From an uncultured Anaerolineae bacterium (GTDB lineage: Bacteria; Chloroflexota; Anaerolineae; VGOG01), in the NCBI GenBank assembly GCA_964510205.1, contig CAZEBW010000012.1, positions 5,029-69,028 of the forward strand: a DNA stretch of 64,000 nt, read 5' to 3'. Position 1 is the stretch's first letter; each line of letters begins with the position of its first letter. Shown here in pieces: positions 30,356-39,911 of this stretch. The translations under genes and the position numbers were made by a program. The notes under the pieces were generated by a model. It ran no database searches. It was not told where the DNA came from and saw only the letters and a program-made list of their open reading frames with translations.

Positions 30356-33076
30356 TCAAGACCAATCCAGTGACGCTCTATGCTGCATCCTCTTCAGATA
30401 ATCGGCGATCTCTTGATACCCCTCGTTACGCTTGATTTTGGCCAACTCCTCCAGGGTGAAGATGATACCCCGGCGGGCGAAGGGGGCTGCCTCAGCCAGG
30501 AGATCCCTGTGCTCCCGCACGTAGATCATATAATGCGCACCGTCAATGGCCAACTCCGGATCGGTGGGGCTGATGTGGTCTCGCCGCGCCGCCGGCAGAG
30601 TCACCCAAAGCTTGCCCCCATCGGATCGAAGCAGGTCTCGGTCGGTGAAGTCCTCCACGTCGGCACCACGGCCACGCAGCAGCTTGTTCAGCGCGTCGTA
30701 GGTGATGGAGTCGCGGTCGGCCAGAAACAGCAGGTAGAGCGCGGTCAGCGTGTCGGTCTGGCTGACCAGGGTCTGGAAGCGCTCCTCAATGAGCTGTTCG
30801 GCGACGATGGCGCTGGTGCGCTGAACCGCCTCTTTCACCTCCACCATCTCTCCCTCTTCCATCACGTTGGGGTAGTGTTTGGAGTAGAGCTCCAGGCACT
30901 TGGCCTGGGCCACCACGCCCATGTCCGGCTCGCTGAGGTAGCGGCCATCGTGGCGGCGATAGTACTCCACGATGGCCGCCGCCCGGTCGTGGATCTGCTG
31001 AGCCAGGCGGTACCAACTGATGCGCTCCCCCTCGCCGTCCCGCCGCCGGGCGACGAGGATGGTGTCGTAGGAGATGTTCTTCTTGTCGTAGATGTGGGTG
31101 CTGGAGGACATCTCAGAGTGGATGGGCCAGGCGGCAGTGACGTAGAAACCCGCGTCCAGCAGCGCTTTCAGCACCGCGCTCCAGGCTTCGTCCTGTTTGT
31201 GATGATAGGTGAAGGCCATCAGCCCATCCCGCCTGAGCACGCGATAGCATTCGCGGAAGATATCGGTCAGCATTCGCAGGAAGTCTTCTTCATCTTTGCC
31301 CTGGGCGTCGTTCTTGACCGCCTCCTCGGCCTTGGGCGTCAGCGCGGCGCGGAAGTGGGGATAGCGGTCCTTGAGCGCCAGCCGCAGCCAGACGTAGAAG
31401 AAATCGGAGAGCTCCGAGTACATGACGTTATCGTAGTAGGGCGGATCGGTGAGCACCAAGTCTACGCAGTTATTGCGCAGCGGCAGAAAGTCGGAGGAGC
31501 GGCAAAGGAGCAGGGCGTTGCCCTGCTGGCCTAAATTCTCAAACTTCTCAACTAATGTTCCCTGAATCGGTTTCCGATTCGGTGTCTCTTGAATACTATC
31601 ATTAGCGTCTATATACTTTTCGAAGGGCTTGACTAGAAACTGCTGCCCCACTCTGGTCTTTTCGAACTCTGAAACAAAGCTGCCGGTACCATACTCAGTG
31701 CCCCAGAGATTGTTTTCTACGGGCCTACTCGCCGGATGATAGGCATGTCCTTTGAAGATGTTGTGGATCTTATTGTAGCTGAAATTGTACACGTTAAACG
31801 TCGAGTTGTACCGTAAGGTATCTGAAAGAGTGAGCAGGAACACTTCTTGCATACCTTGATCTTTGATCTGCCAAATCTCGCGCAGTAGTCTTCCCAAACA
31901 CAGCAACTGCCGAGCGTTGAACATGTCGCGGAAGTTGTGGTAGCCCCAATTGGGCAGACGCGGCGTGGTCTCTTTTCCCTCTGGAATCTCCTGATCCGGC
32001 AAGGGCAGGGTGTCGCCGATCTCGGCCAGTTCTCGCTCTGCTGCGTGGTAGAGCGCTCGGTCCTCCTCGTCGGCGGCCTTGTAGCCCTTCAAGTCGCAGT
32101 GGGGACAATAGTACTCCACGCCGTAGAGCCGCTCCGGCGGCTTGCCCAACTGGGCGATGGCGCCCACTACTTTGTACTTCTGCCGGCAGTCGGGCCGGGG
32201 GCAAGTGTAGTACTGGCCGCTGGCGTTGCCCTCGGTGGCCTTGAAGGCGTGCCCACAGTGGGGGCAGCGGTGCTCCTCGCGGTAATTCCGCGCCTCGAAC
32301 ATCCCCTCGCACAGCGGGCAGAGCAGGTGGTAATATTCACCGTGATCGAACTCCCAGCCGCACTCGGGACACTCCGGGTCTTCCTCGGTGGGCGCGAAGT
32401 CGGTCCCGCACTCGGCGCACAAGACATGGGGATGGTGCTCCACCTTTGCCGAGCGCGACGAGGCCACGCGGTAGTCCTTGAACAACGGCACGGGGTGGCC
32501 GCAGTTGGTGCAATCCAGCTCCTTGACCCAGAAATAGTACATGGCGTCGGCCTCGCGCCCGCAGAGCGGGCAGGTGGTCTTGTAGTACTGGAGGATCTGC
32601 GGCGCGATCGTCTCCTCCAGGTGCTCGAAGGCGGCGTCCAGTGCGTCCAGATCCACCGGCTCGATCTCTTTTTTGACCACAAACCAGGCCACGGGATTGA
32701 GATCGCAGCCGATGACGTTCGCCCCCAGCCGCAGCGACTCCACGATGCTGGTGCCTCCGCCCATCATCGGGTCCAGCACCACCTTGCCCCTCCCCACCTG
32801 AGCATCCTTCAAATAGAGGTCCCAGATGCGCTCCTCCTCGCTCTTCTCGAAGGTGAGCAGGTCGCCGCCCACCTCAGCCTCGGCTCGTGCCAGCGTCTCC
32901 TCGTCGGTGAGGGCGTAGAGGGCGATGGTGCGGAACACGCTTCCCAGCCGCCGCGCCCACCACTTGTGCATGGTGTAGACCGGGCGGTAGTAGCGCTTGG
33001 CGTGGGCCTCTCGCTCGGCGATGCGGTTCACCTCGCTGATGGGGAACGTGCGCTCGATGGGTTTTTGGTTGGGCAT
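30356..33076 (-). CDS. DUF1156-like DNA methyltransferase with a multi-zinc-ribbon insert
   Basis: N-terminal ISEVNRIAEREAH...MHKWWARR, motif I DPMMGGGTS, motif IV LVLTDPPYY, four CxxC...CxxC pairs; ATG MPNQKP with GGGGGAA RBS. Confidence 0.75.
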   Translation of the reverse strand: MPNQKPIERTFPISEVNRIAEREAHAKRYYRPVYTMHKWWARRLGSVFRTIALYALTDEETLARAEAEVGGDLLTFEKSEEERIWDLYLKDAQVGRGKVVLDPMMGGGTSIVESLRLGANVIGCDLNPVAWFVVKKEIEPVDLDALDAAFEHLEETIAPQILQYYKTTCPLCGREADAMYYFWVKELDCTNCGHPVPLFKDYRVASSRSAKVEHHPHVLCAECGTDFAPTEEDPECPECGWEFDHGEYYHLLCPLCEGMFEARNYREEHRCPHCGHAFKATEGNASGQYYTCPRPDCRQKYKVVGAIAQLGKPPERLYGVEYYCPHCDLKGYKAADEEDRALYHAAERELAEIGDTLPLPDQEIPEGKETTPRLPNWGYHNFRDMFNARQLLCLGRLLREIWQIKDQGMQEVFLLTLSDTLRYNSTFNVYNFSYNKIHNIFKGHAYHPASRPVENNLWGTEYGTGSFVSEFEKTRVGQQFLVKPFEKYIDANDSIQETPNRKPIQGTLVEKFENLGQQGNALLLCRSSDFLPLRNNCVDLVLTDPPYYDNVMYSELSDFFYVWLRLALKDRYPHFRAALTPKAEEAVKNDAQGKDEEDFLRMLTDIFRECYRVLRRDGLMAFTYHHKQDEAWSAVLKALLDAGFYVTAAWPIHSEMSSSTHIYDKKNISYDTILVARRRDGEGERISWYRLAQQIHDRAAAIVEYYRRHDGRYLSEPDMGVVAQAKCLELYSKHYPNVMEEGEMVEVKEAVQRTSAIVAEQLIEERFQTLVSQTDTLTALYLLFLADRDSITYDALNKLLRGRGADVEDFTDRDLLRSDGGKLWVTLPAARRDHISPTDPELAIDGAHYMIYVREHRDLLAEAAPFARRGIIFTLEELAKIKRNEGYQEIADYLKRMQHRASLDWS

Positions 33077-33087
33077 GGAATTCCCCC

Positions 33088-33116
33088 TTGACAAATGTCA
33101 AAAAACTCGCTACAAT
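33088..33116 (+). promoter_or_regulatory. consensus sigma70-like promoter oriented antisense to the flanking genes
   Basis: TTGACA-17-TACAAT on the plus strand; the -35 lies in the palindrome TTGACAAATGTCAA; a 12-bp hairpin (about 33150-33182) lies downstream. Confidence 0.4.
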
Positions 33117-33197
33117 ATCAACGAATGATGGATCGGGAGTACCCGGTCGGGAGAGGAGAGTCTGCGTGACTCTCCTCTTGTCGTTAGAACGCGCCCG

Positions 33198-34076
33198 TTA
33201 AAACGCGACTCGCAGCACCGGCACCAAGCACTCCAACAGGCTGATCCCTCCGTGCAGCATCACCTTATACTTGCCCCGCGTGGCCCAGGCGTAGCGGTTG
33301 CCCACCAGGTAGTACCCGTCATGCTCGACGATGTAGCCAGCTTCGATCAGGTCGTCGGCTCTGGTTTCGACTTCGGCGTAGCGCGAGGCGCCAAAGATAG
33401 CTTGCATGGCTCCTTGCAGACGCTTCGGCAGAGGGAGAAAATGCGTCTCGGTGCTGATGTAGCCGTGATCCGAGGTCACCAGAAACTCGTTCCCGTACAG
33501 CCTCTCGCAGATGTTCAACAGCACCTCCCGAGACTTCTCGTAGATGTCAGTCTGAGTCCGCACCTTCACCCGTCCCTTGATGTCCTCCAGTTCCTTGTCC
33601 GGAATGGGACACCAGATGCCTCTTTCATCGCCATCCAGTGACAGTCGGTTGACGTCTTTGATCTCCACTGTCTTGGCCGCCCAGGGGTAGAAAATGGCCT
33701 CTTTGTAGAAAGCCGTCTCCGAGGGCAGGCAGGAGTAGGCGAAGGAGAGTTCATAATCGGCGTCCAGGTCACGGCAAAGCAGCAGCGCTTCTCGCAGACT
33801 CAGAGCGTCCATCCAGATGATGGGCAACTCTACGGATTCCACGTCCAGATTGCAGCACGAACAGCGGTGGGGCAGGATCTCGCGGTAAAGCTCCGGATAG
33901 GCAGCCCCCAGCACCTTCTCCAAGTACATCGTCCGCCGCTCGCCCTGCTTGAAGTAGGTCTCTCCCAACTCCTCTTGAGGACGCCACAGGTTCTGCAGAT
34001 ACCTCCATATTGCTGGCATCGGATCGTCAGCTTGAATCAATTGACGCAGCAGGTCGGCGAGCTGTAAGCTATCCAC
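33198..34076 (-). CDS. PglZ/alkaline-phosphatase-superfamily domain protein
   Basis: IIWMDALSLREA (metal-binding Asp), SCLPSETAF (nucleophile region), LVTSDHGY (DHG motif). Confidence 0.55.
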   Translation of the reverse strand: MDSLQLADLLRQLIQADDPMPAIWRYLQNLWRPQEELGETYFKQGERRTMYLEKVLGAAYPELYREILPHRCSCCNLDVESVELPIIWMDALSLREALLLCRDLDADYELSFAYSCLPSETAFYKEAIFYPWAAKTVEIKDVNRLSLDGDERGIWCPIPDKELEDIKGRVKVRTQTDIYEKSREVLLNICERLYGNEFLVTSDHGYISTETHFLPLPKRLQGAMQAIFGASRYAEVETRADDLIEAGYIVEHDGYYLVGNRYAWATRGKYKVMLHGGISLLECLVPVLRVAF

Positions 34077-36480
34077 GGTGCACCACCTTCAATTGCAGTC
34101 GGATGGCCGTGCTCTCAGGCAGCCCAGCGATCAGTTTCTCCAGTTCGGCTTTGTCCAGCGGTAACTGGCGCTCATCGACCACAATGGCGATCTCGTGCAC
34201 TGTATCCTGTGGCCCCAATTCCTGCAGTCCCAGTGGTGTGTAGCCGACGATGGAGAGAGGCTGCGGAGTGGGTTCAGGGGTAGTGGGCGAGACGCCTTCC
34301 ACCGCTTCGCCCTCCGGGACAAGCCTCTTTCTCTTGCCCACCGCTGGGTAAATCAGTTCCCCTTCTTCCTCTCCAGGTGCTATTTCTTCTCGTGGCTCCC
34401 ACTGTTTGAGACGTTCATAGCGAGTCACGGAAAGCCCCTCGTGAGCGAAGAGCGGAAAAGTGTCACGTCCCGGCAGGTAGTTTTGCTTTAGCCCCTTGAA
34501 GCCAATCTCTCGGTTGCGATAAAGCTCCTGGAGCGCATTCTCGACGTCGTCTCGTTCTTTGACCATCGGATAGCGGCGGATGCGGAAGAAGTCGTCAATC
34601 AGGCGTTTGACCTCGATGAAATCCTGCTCCTCGAGGGTTTCCAGTATCTGATCATAGGCCGCATCTAGACCGGCCACGGCGCGCTGCTTGATCACCTCCA
34701 CGTCGGGGTCCACGTTGCGCCTGGACAACCTGCCGCCGGTCATCCACTGCACGTAGCGACCGTAGGCCTCCTGCAACTCTCCGATGAGCCGAGGGAGGTC
34801 CTCCTCGTTTTTCGTGGCCAGCAGCTCTTCGCGCAGTTCCTCGATGTCCCGCTGCTCGCCCGTCAGCAGACGCTCTTCAGCCACCACTCGTTTGGCATTC
34901 TCCAAATTGTCGTCCCATTCGTAGACGCTCTTCGTGCCCAGGAACGCTTTTGGCACCACCAACACCGCCCGGTTAGGCCAATTCAGTTTTCCCAGCGCAG
35001 CATTGATCTCATCGTCATCCATATCGCGCGGAGCCACGACAACTTTTAGCCGCTGATCATCAATGTCCTCCAATTCGGAGAACAGGTAAGCTCCCTTGCC
35101 AAACACCTTTTTCTTGATTAGCTCGTCAATCTTGGCTCGTGCCTCCTCATCTTCCACCCGGCCGGCCTCCGCTCGGACGATGGCATAGATGTTCAGTTCC
35201 GGGGTCAGTCGAAATCGCCCGTTGCCTTTTAGATGAAATGCCGTTCCGTCGAGCTGCTTGAGCGGCAAGGTGATATCGTTGACGCTTCCCTCTGGTCTAA
35301 GCAAACCCTGGACGAGTTCATCCCGCGTTGCGCCCGGCACGCTTGGGCGCAGCGAGTGGAAGAAAATCGTTGAGAGCAGAGCCTCGGCGTTCTTGATTTC
35401 CCAACAGCGCTCAATGTCCTCTTGAAGGGCCGTATGCAGTGTCGGATCAATGGAGAGCAGTTCGCGGGGGGGCACATCGGAGGGCAACAGTAGGTCACGC
35501 TTATCCAACTGGGCGGCTACCAAGGCAGCCAACGTACGCAACGTATCGCGGATGCCTTGCTGGCCTGGGCGAGCGTAAATCTCCTTGAGCGTAGTAAAGA
35601 GCCTGGGATGGAAGGGGTACAAATGGAGCATCGTCTCCACGGACAGGTCTTCAGTAGTGTAGTCACCATAGCTGGTTAGATAGGCCTCCACGATTCTTCG
35701 TGCCTTTTCCTCATCGCAGTGAGCAAAGAGCCGATGGTGTACGATAGCCCAGCGCTCTCCCACCGCGACCATGTTTTCGGATATGGCGCCAGTGCGTTGC
35801 AGCAGCGCTTTGAGGTCAGGATTCTGATCCAACAGAGAGATAAACAGGAAGAGATCGAACCCTGGCTCGCTGGCCACTTCAGTCAAATTCTGCAGAAAGC
35901 CCCGATTGCGTCCACGGCGTACCTCGTCAGCGGCGATGCTGTCATACCAGTTTTCGATCTCATCAATGAAGACAGCCAGTGTGCCCTTGCTTGCCAGCTC
36001 CTTGAGTTGTGAGATGGTGGGGTAATCCTTGATCTCGGACAGGAGATCCTCACGATTTGCCCGGCGAAACAAGGGTTCCCACAAATACTCGGGTTGATCC
36101 TCTTGAGCAGAGATCATGACAGCCCGAGGCTCACTAAGCGGCAGAGAAGGAAGGCCGTGATTCTGCAGCCAGCTCCTGCCTAGTTCTGGGTGGACAAACA
36201 GGTGATACAGCGCAATCAAGGCGTGAGTCTTTCCGCTGCCCATTCTGCCGATGGGCAGGAAGGCCCCCTGAACCCGATCACCTTCCAGTTTTTGGTGCAT
36301 CAGTTCGACGAAACGCTGTAGAGAAGCGGATGGATACGTGACGGCGAAGAAGAGTTCTGGGTTGTTTTCCAGCTTGTCGGCCTCAGCTTCCCGACCAACG
36401 CGATAGGCCCTCAGGTCACCCTGAAAGTTCCCGGATAGAACATCGGGTCGAGCCTCAACAATATCTTGGATCAACATCAC
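34069..36480 (-). CDS. large P-loop ATPase (DUF499-like)
   Basis: Walker A GRMGSGKTH, Walker B LAVFIDEIE; 803 aa; overlaps the downstream PglZ-like gene by 8 nt. Confidence 0.7.
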   Translation of the reverse strand: MMLIQDIVEARPDVLSGNFQGDLRAYRVGREAEADKLENNPELFFAVTYPSASLQRFVELMHQKLEGDRVQGAFLPIGRMGSGKTHALIALYHLFVHPELGRSWLQNHGLPSLPLSEPRAVMISAQEDQPEYLWEPLFRRANREDLLSEIKDYPTISQLKELASKGTLAVFIDEIENWYDSIAADEVRRGRNRGFLQNLTEVASEPGFDLFLFISLLDQNPDLKALLQRTGAISENMVAVGERWAIVHHRLFAHCDEEKARRIVEAYLTSYGDYTTEDLSVETMLHLYPFHPRLFTTLKEIYARPGQQGIRDTLRTLAALVAAQLDKRDLLLPSDVPPRELLSIDPTLHTALQEDIERCWEIKNAEALLSTIFFHSLRPSVPGATRDELVQGLLRPEGSVNDITLPLKQLDGTAFHLKGNGRFRLTPELNIYAIVRAEAGRVEDEEARAKIDELIKKKVFGKGAYLFSELEDIDDQRLKVVVAPRDMDDDEINAALGKLNWPNRAVLVVPKAFLGTKSVYEWDDNLENAKRVVAEERLLTGEQRDIEELREELLATKNEEDLPRLIGELQEAYGRYVQWMTGGRLSRRNVDPDVEVIKQRAVAGLDAAYDQILETLEEQDFIEVKRLIDDFFRIRRYPMVKERDDVENALQELYRNREIGFKGLKQNYLPGRDTFPLFAHEGLSVTRYERLKQWEPREEIAPGEEEGELIYPAVGKRKRLVPEGEAVEGVSPTTPEPTPQPLSIVGYTPLGLQELGPQDTVHEIAIVVDERQLPLDKAELEKLIAGLPESTAIRLQLKVVHRG

Positions 36481-36644
36481 TTATACTCCTTCCTCCAGCA
36501 CCAAAGCGACGAAAGCCGCTCCCACTTGCCCAGGGAGCGGCTTTGTGCTACAATTCCTCTAGCCTTCTCCTGGTCCGTTCAGGAGTAGGTCTTGGGATTA
36601 CCGAGCGGCAACTCTGTAATCCCTTTTTTGGTTTCGTTGTTAGA

Positions 36645-36673
36645 TAGTATATCATCTTTCGTCTCGTTTGGCA
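36645..36673 (-). promoter_or_regulatory. putative promoter for the ATPase-PglZ-methylase operon
   Basis: minus-strand TTGCCA-17-TATACT. Confidence 0.4.
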
Positions 36674-36681
36674 AAAGCAAG

Positions 36682-36712
36682 AAGCCACCGGCGTCAGCCG
36701 CGCTGGTGGCTT
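36682..36712 (-). terminator. possible terminator hairpin
   Basis: GAAGCCACCGGCG...CGCTGGTGGCTTC stem; the trailing U-tract is weak. Confidence 0.35.
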
Positions 36713-36852
36713 CCCGACTTCTGTGAGGTTGTGTCATGCTTCGCGCCAAGTTCCCGAGGGGATATGCACCCGTGTTCCCGACTCGATGTCGCTGCTCGGT
36801 GATCCAAACGTGAGAGGCGTCGTCCTTACACAACCCATCCTCCGGGCAGGGA

Positions 36853-37518
36853 TCACTCTTCACCGTCATCTCCTCGAAGGATCTGCTTGACGGTCACGTG
36901 GGCCGTGTGCGCTCCATTCCCCTCCGGCCAGTCGCGGTGGGCATCGAGGAGGATGCTCCACGTGGGCCCCTCAGCCTCCAGGACGGCCTCGCCACTGAAC
37001 AGCTTGACCCGACTCACGGTCTCGCCCTTGACCCCTGAGATGGCGTCCGCCAGCTCCCTCGGCGACCACGCCTCATCCAGGGCCATCTTAACCGCCAGCA
37101 CGGGGTGGTCTGCCTTGAGCGCCGTTTCGTACAGAAGCAGCGGCTGGTCGGGGAACACGACCTCTGGGGGGAAGGTACGGTGCAGCGTCTCGAAGGTTCT
37201 GAGCCGCCGCGTGGTGTAAGCGCAGGCGCTGGCCAGTGCCTTGTACGTGCCGTACTTGCCGAAGGCATCCACCGCCGAGGCCACCACCGCACCGATCTTC
37301 CACTGGCTGCCCCGCTCCCGAGACACACAGGACACGATGGCCTGCAGGGCATCGTCCAGGCTCTGGAAGCTGAAATCACGCTTCTCCTGGAAGGGATCGT
37401 AGTCCAAATCTGGAAAAGTCTTCGGGGACGAAGCCGCCTCCGAGCCGCAGTCGGCCGGCAGCTCCTTCCAAGACGTCTGCTCCTCGTCAACCTTATCTTG
37501 CCTCTGTGCTTCTTTCAC
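36853..37518 (-). CDS. hypothetical protein (probable GTG start coupled to the upstream HTH gene)
   Basis: the C-terminal 220 aa of the 407-aa ORF look protein-like, whereas the N-terminal half is R-rich noise overlapping a better ORF; GTGA start/stop overlap. Confidence 0.35.
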   Translation of the reverse strand: MKEAQRQDKVDEEQTSWKELPADCGSEAASSPKTFPDLDYDPFQEKRDFSFQSLDDALQAIVSCVSRERGSQWKIGAVVASAVDAFGKYGTYKALASACAYTTRRLRTFETLHRTFPPEVVFPDQPLLLYETALKADHPVLAVKMALDEAWSPRELADAISGVKGETVSRVKLFSGEAVLEAEGPTWSILLDAHRDWPEGNGAHTAHVTVKQILRGDDGEE

Positions 37519-37898
37519 CGATTCTGACTCCTCACCATCCGATCCATCAGCCCGTTCACGAACTCCCGCACCTCTGCATCGCTGACGTACAAGTCCTGCC
37601 ACCTGACGCCTGCCGCACGCGCTGCTCTCATCTTCTCGAGGGGCCGGCCCTCGCAGGCTGTCCATCCACCCTCGTCGAGGGCCTCCGCCACCGACATCAG
37701 GACGCGAGCAGCCTGCTCGATGGGAGGCGTGATGGGCTTGACGCCATGCAGCAGTTGGTGTACGTAGGACCTGCTGTAGGGCTGTCGCCCGATGGCGCGT
37801 CCCAGCAGTCGACCGAGGGTACGTAAGGTGATGGGCCCCTGGGCGCGGCCTTGGGAGAGGCGGTCTCTTAGGTTGCGCAGCGTCTGAGCGTCGACCAA
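37515..37898 (-). CDS. HTH DNA-binding protein (XRE-like)
   Basis: LRTLGRLLGRAIGRQPYSRSYVHQLLHG helix-turn-helix-like segment. Confidence 0.45.
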   Translation of the reverse strand: MVDAQTLRNLRDRLSQGRAQGPITLRTLGRLLGRAIGRQPYSRSYVHQLLHGVKPITPPIEQAARVLMSVAEALDEGGWTACEGRPLEKMRAARAAGVRWQDLYVSDAEVREFVNGLMDRMVRSQNR

Positions 37899-38480
37899 CT
37901 GAGAGCCTTTCTAAGCGGTGAACCCGCTCGTGCCATATCTTCACACGTGAACTGGCTTGCCGCCTGTTAGGAGCGCGAGCCAACGTCAATCCAACGAAGT
38001 TCGGAGGCAGGTCTCGCTCGTTCTCGCCTGCATGCGGTCGCCGACCCGCTGTCAGCCATGAGAGTCGACTATCCAATGGTCTCGGCGAACCCCAGCTTCT
38101 TGGGGCCGTTTTCCTCCAGCCACGGGTTGAGCCTGGTCAGGGGAGGGCGTCCCGGCACGACTGTACTCTCCACGTAGATACTGATGGCCATATACTAGAT
38201 ATATTGTACCACAGTTCGCTGCGTTGTCAAACTAGCCTTGACAGCAGCGACTATGGATGATGTTGGCGCACGGGCCAGCCTACGGCGCCAGGGCCGCGGT
38301 CACGCCGAGTTCGCCAGCGATGAAGGGAAGGGCCATGAGGCGGGGATCATGTCGCACGGGGGATCACGACGTAAGCCGCTGAGGTATCAAGCTATCATTT
38401 GCATTTCTGTCCATACGTGCTATAATATCCATCAGCCACACCCAACTGACGATAAGCTAAAGCAAGAAAAGGAGCGAGAA

Positions 38481-38855
38481 ATGCAACCCACACAGGACGA
38501 ACTGATCCGTCTGTCTGAGACGGCCGAGGATCTGCCCCATTTCCTGCGGGCGGCGTGTGAGGCCATGGACAGCAGTATGCGCAAAGCCTCGCTGGGAGCG
38601 GGCCTCAGCGCGGGGACGATTTGGAACATCGTCGCGGGGCACACCAAGCGAGGGGACGAGGAGACCCTCACCAAGCTGGCCCTGTTCTTCAAGGTCCCGG
38701 AGGTGAATCTGATGGCCCTGGCCGGCTACAAGCCCCGGCGGGTGTCCCCCACCCATCGTCTGGGGGAGGCGGAGGCGATCTGGCAGGTGCTCACCGACGA
38801 GGAGAAGGACAAGTGGATCGAGTACGGCGAGCTCCTGATTCGGGCGCGGCAGTAG
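38481..38855 (+). CDS. XRE-family HTH transcriptional regulator
   Basis: SMRKASLGAGLSAGTIWNIVAGH HTH; AAGGAG RBS; upstream TTTGCA-17-TGcTATAAT promoter at about 38395-38426. Confidence 0.6.
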   Translation: MQPTQDELIRLSETAEDLPHFLRAACEAMDSSMRKASLGAGLSAGTIWNIVAGHTKRGDEETLTKLALFFKVPEVNLMALAGYKPRRVSPTHRLGEAEAIWQVLTDEEKDKWIEYGELLIRARQ

Positions 38856-39245
38856 GGGAAAATCGCCCTCATCATCCACCCTCAAGGTGAGGGAGGGCTG
38901 CTCTGTGCCGCCCGCGCCTCGCCGCGAGCCCAACTCTCTTGGACCTTCGGATCAACCATCAACCCTGCCAACCTCAGGCCGTAGCGCAGGCCCTCCAGGA
39001 ACGGCTTCCCGCCGTGTCGGCCTGACCTGGCCTCGATTACGAGCTGCTCGATCTCGTGGAGTAGCGCTTGCCGCTGTAACGTTTCCATGAGTCTACACTG
39101 TCTCCTTTCCCCATCGACCTTCCAGAGCCACCGCCCTGTCGGGCGATAGGCTCGCCACGCCCCTATAGGGACTCCAAACCTCTGTGTTGAGTCAAAGGGC
39201 CACCTGTGTTAGCCGCGCAGGTGGCCTTCTCTTTGCCAAGGCGTA

Positions 39246-39911
39246 TCATTCCTCTGGCACGTCCCTCGCCAATCCCTGCGTCATGGCGTAGCGGACCGCC
39301 TGACTCCGCCTGTCCACTCCGATCTTGTCGTAGATGCGGTTGAGATGACTGCGGACCGTGCCGCGAGTGATGCAGAGGGTCTTAGCGATCTGCCGGTTGC
39401 TCAGCCCCTGGCCCACCAAGGCCAGGACCTCCCGTTCGCGCCCGGTCAGTGCGGGGAGGCCCTGAGACACCATCGGTGGCGCCCAGGGTGCACCAGGCTT
39501 GCTCACTAGCACGTTGGCCGCTCGGCTGCTGAGCCAGGTGTGCCCCTTGGCTACGGTGCGGATGGCCAAGAGCAGGCTCGCTGGCGACTCCTCCTTGAGG
39601 GCATACCCCGTTACACCAGCCTCTAACAGACCGAGGATGACCTCCTGGTCATCGCAGGCGGTCAGGATAAGGATTTGCACCTCCGTATGATGCTTGGCCA
39701 CGTGTCGCGTGGTGTCGACGGCGTCCAGTTCGGGCAGGGTGATGTCCAAGATCAAGACGTTCGGAGACAGCCTGTCGATGGCTGACTCTACTTCGTCGCC
39801 ACGGGCCACCTCCCCCACCACTTCCAAGTCCTGCTCACCGTTCAATAGGGTGTGGAGCCCAATACGGATCAAGGGCTGATCATCAGCGATCAGAATCCTG
39901 GTGCGATCCAT
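39246..39911 (-). CDS. NarL/FixJ-family response regulator (REC plus LuxR HTH)
   Basis: RILIADDQPLIRIGL...LILDITLPELD receiver; C-terminal LTGREREVLALVGQGLSNRQIAKTLCITRGTVRSHLNRIYDKIG. Confidence 0.8.
   Translation of the reverse strand: MDRTRILIADDQPLIRIGLHTLLNGEQDLEVVGEVARGDEVESAIDRLSPNVLILDITLPELDAVDTTRHVAKHHTEVQILILTACDDQEVILGLLEAGVTGYALKEESPASLLLAIRTVAKGHTWLSSRAANVLVSKPGAPWAPPMVSQGLPALTGREREVLALVGQGLSNRQIAKTLCITRGTVRSHLNRIYDKIGVDRRSQAVRYAMTQGLARDVPEE

Noticed and set aside
30380-33091. Long plus-strand ORFs (30380..31534 and 31937..33091)
   Set aside because: Antisense shadows of the DUF1156 methylase gene with GC-rich, repetitive Val/Gly/Ala composition
36853-38076. 407-aa minus ORF taken as a single gene
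   Set aside because: Its N-terminal half is Arg-rich junk overlapping a better HTH ORF (37515..37898); only the C-terminal about 220 aa is treated as coding, with a GTG start
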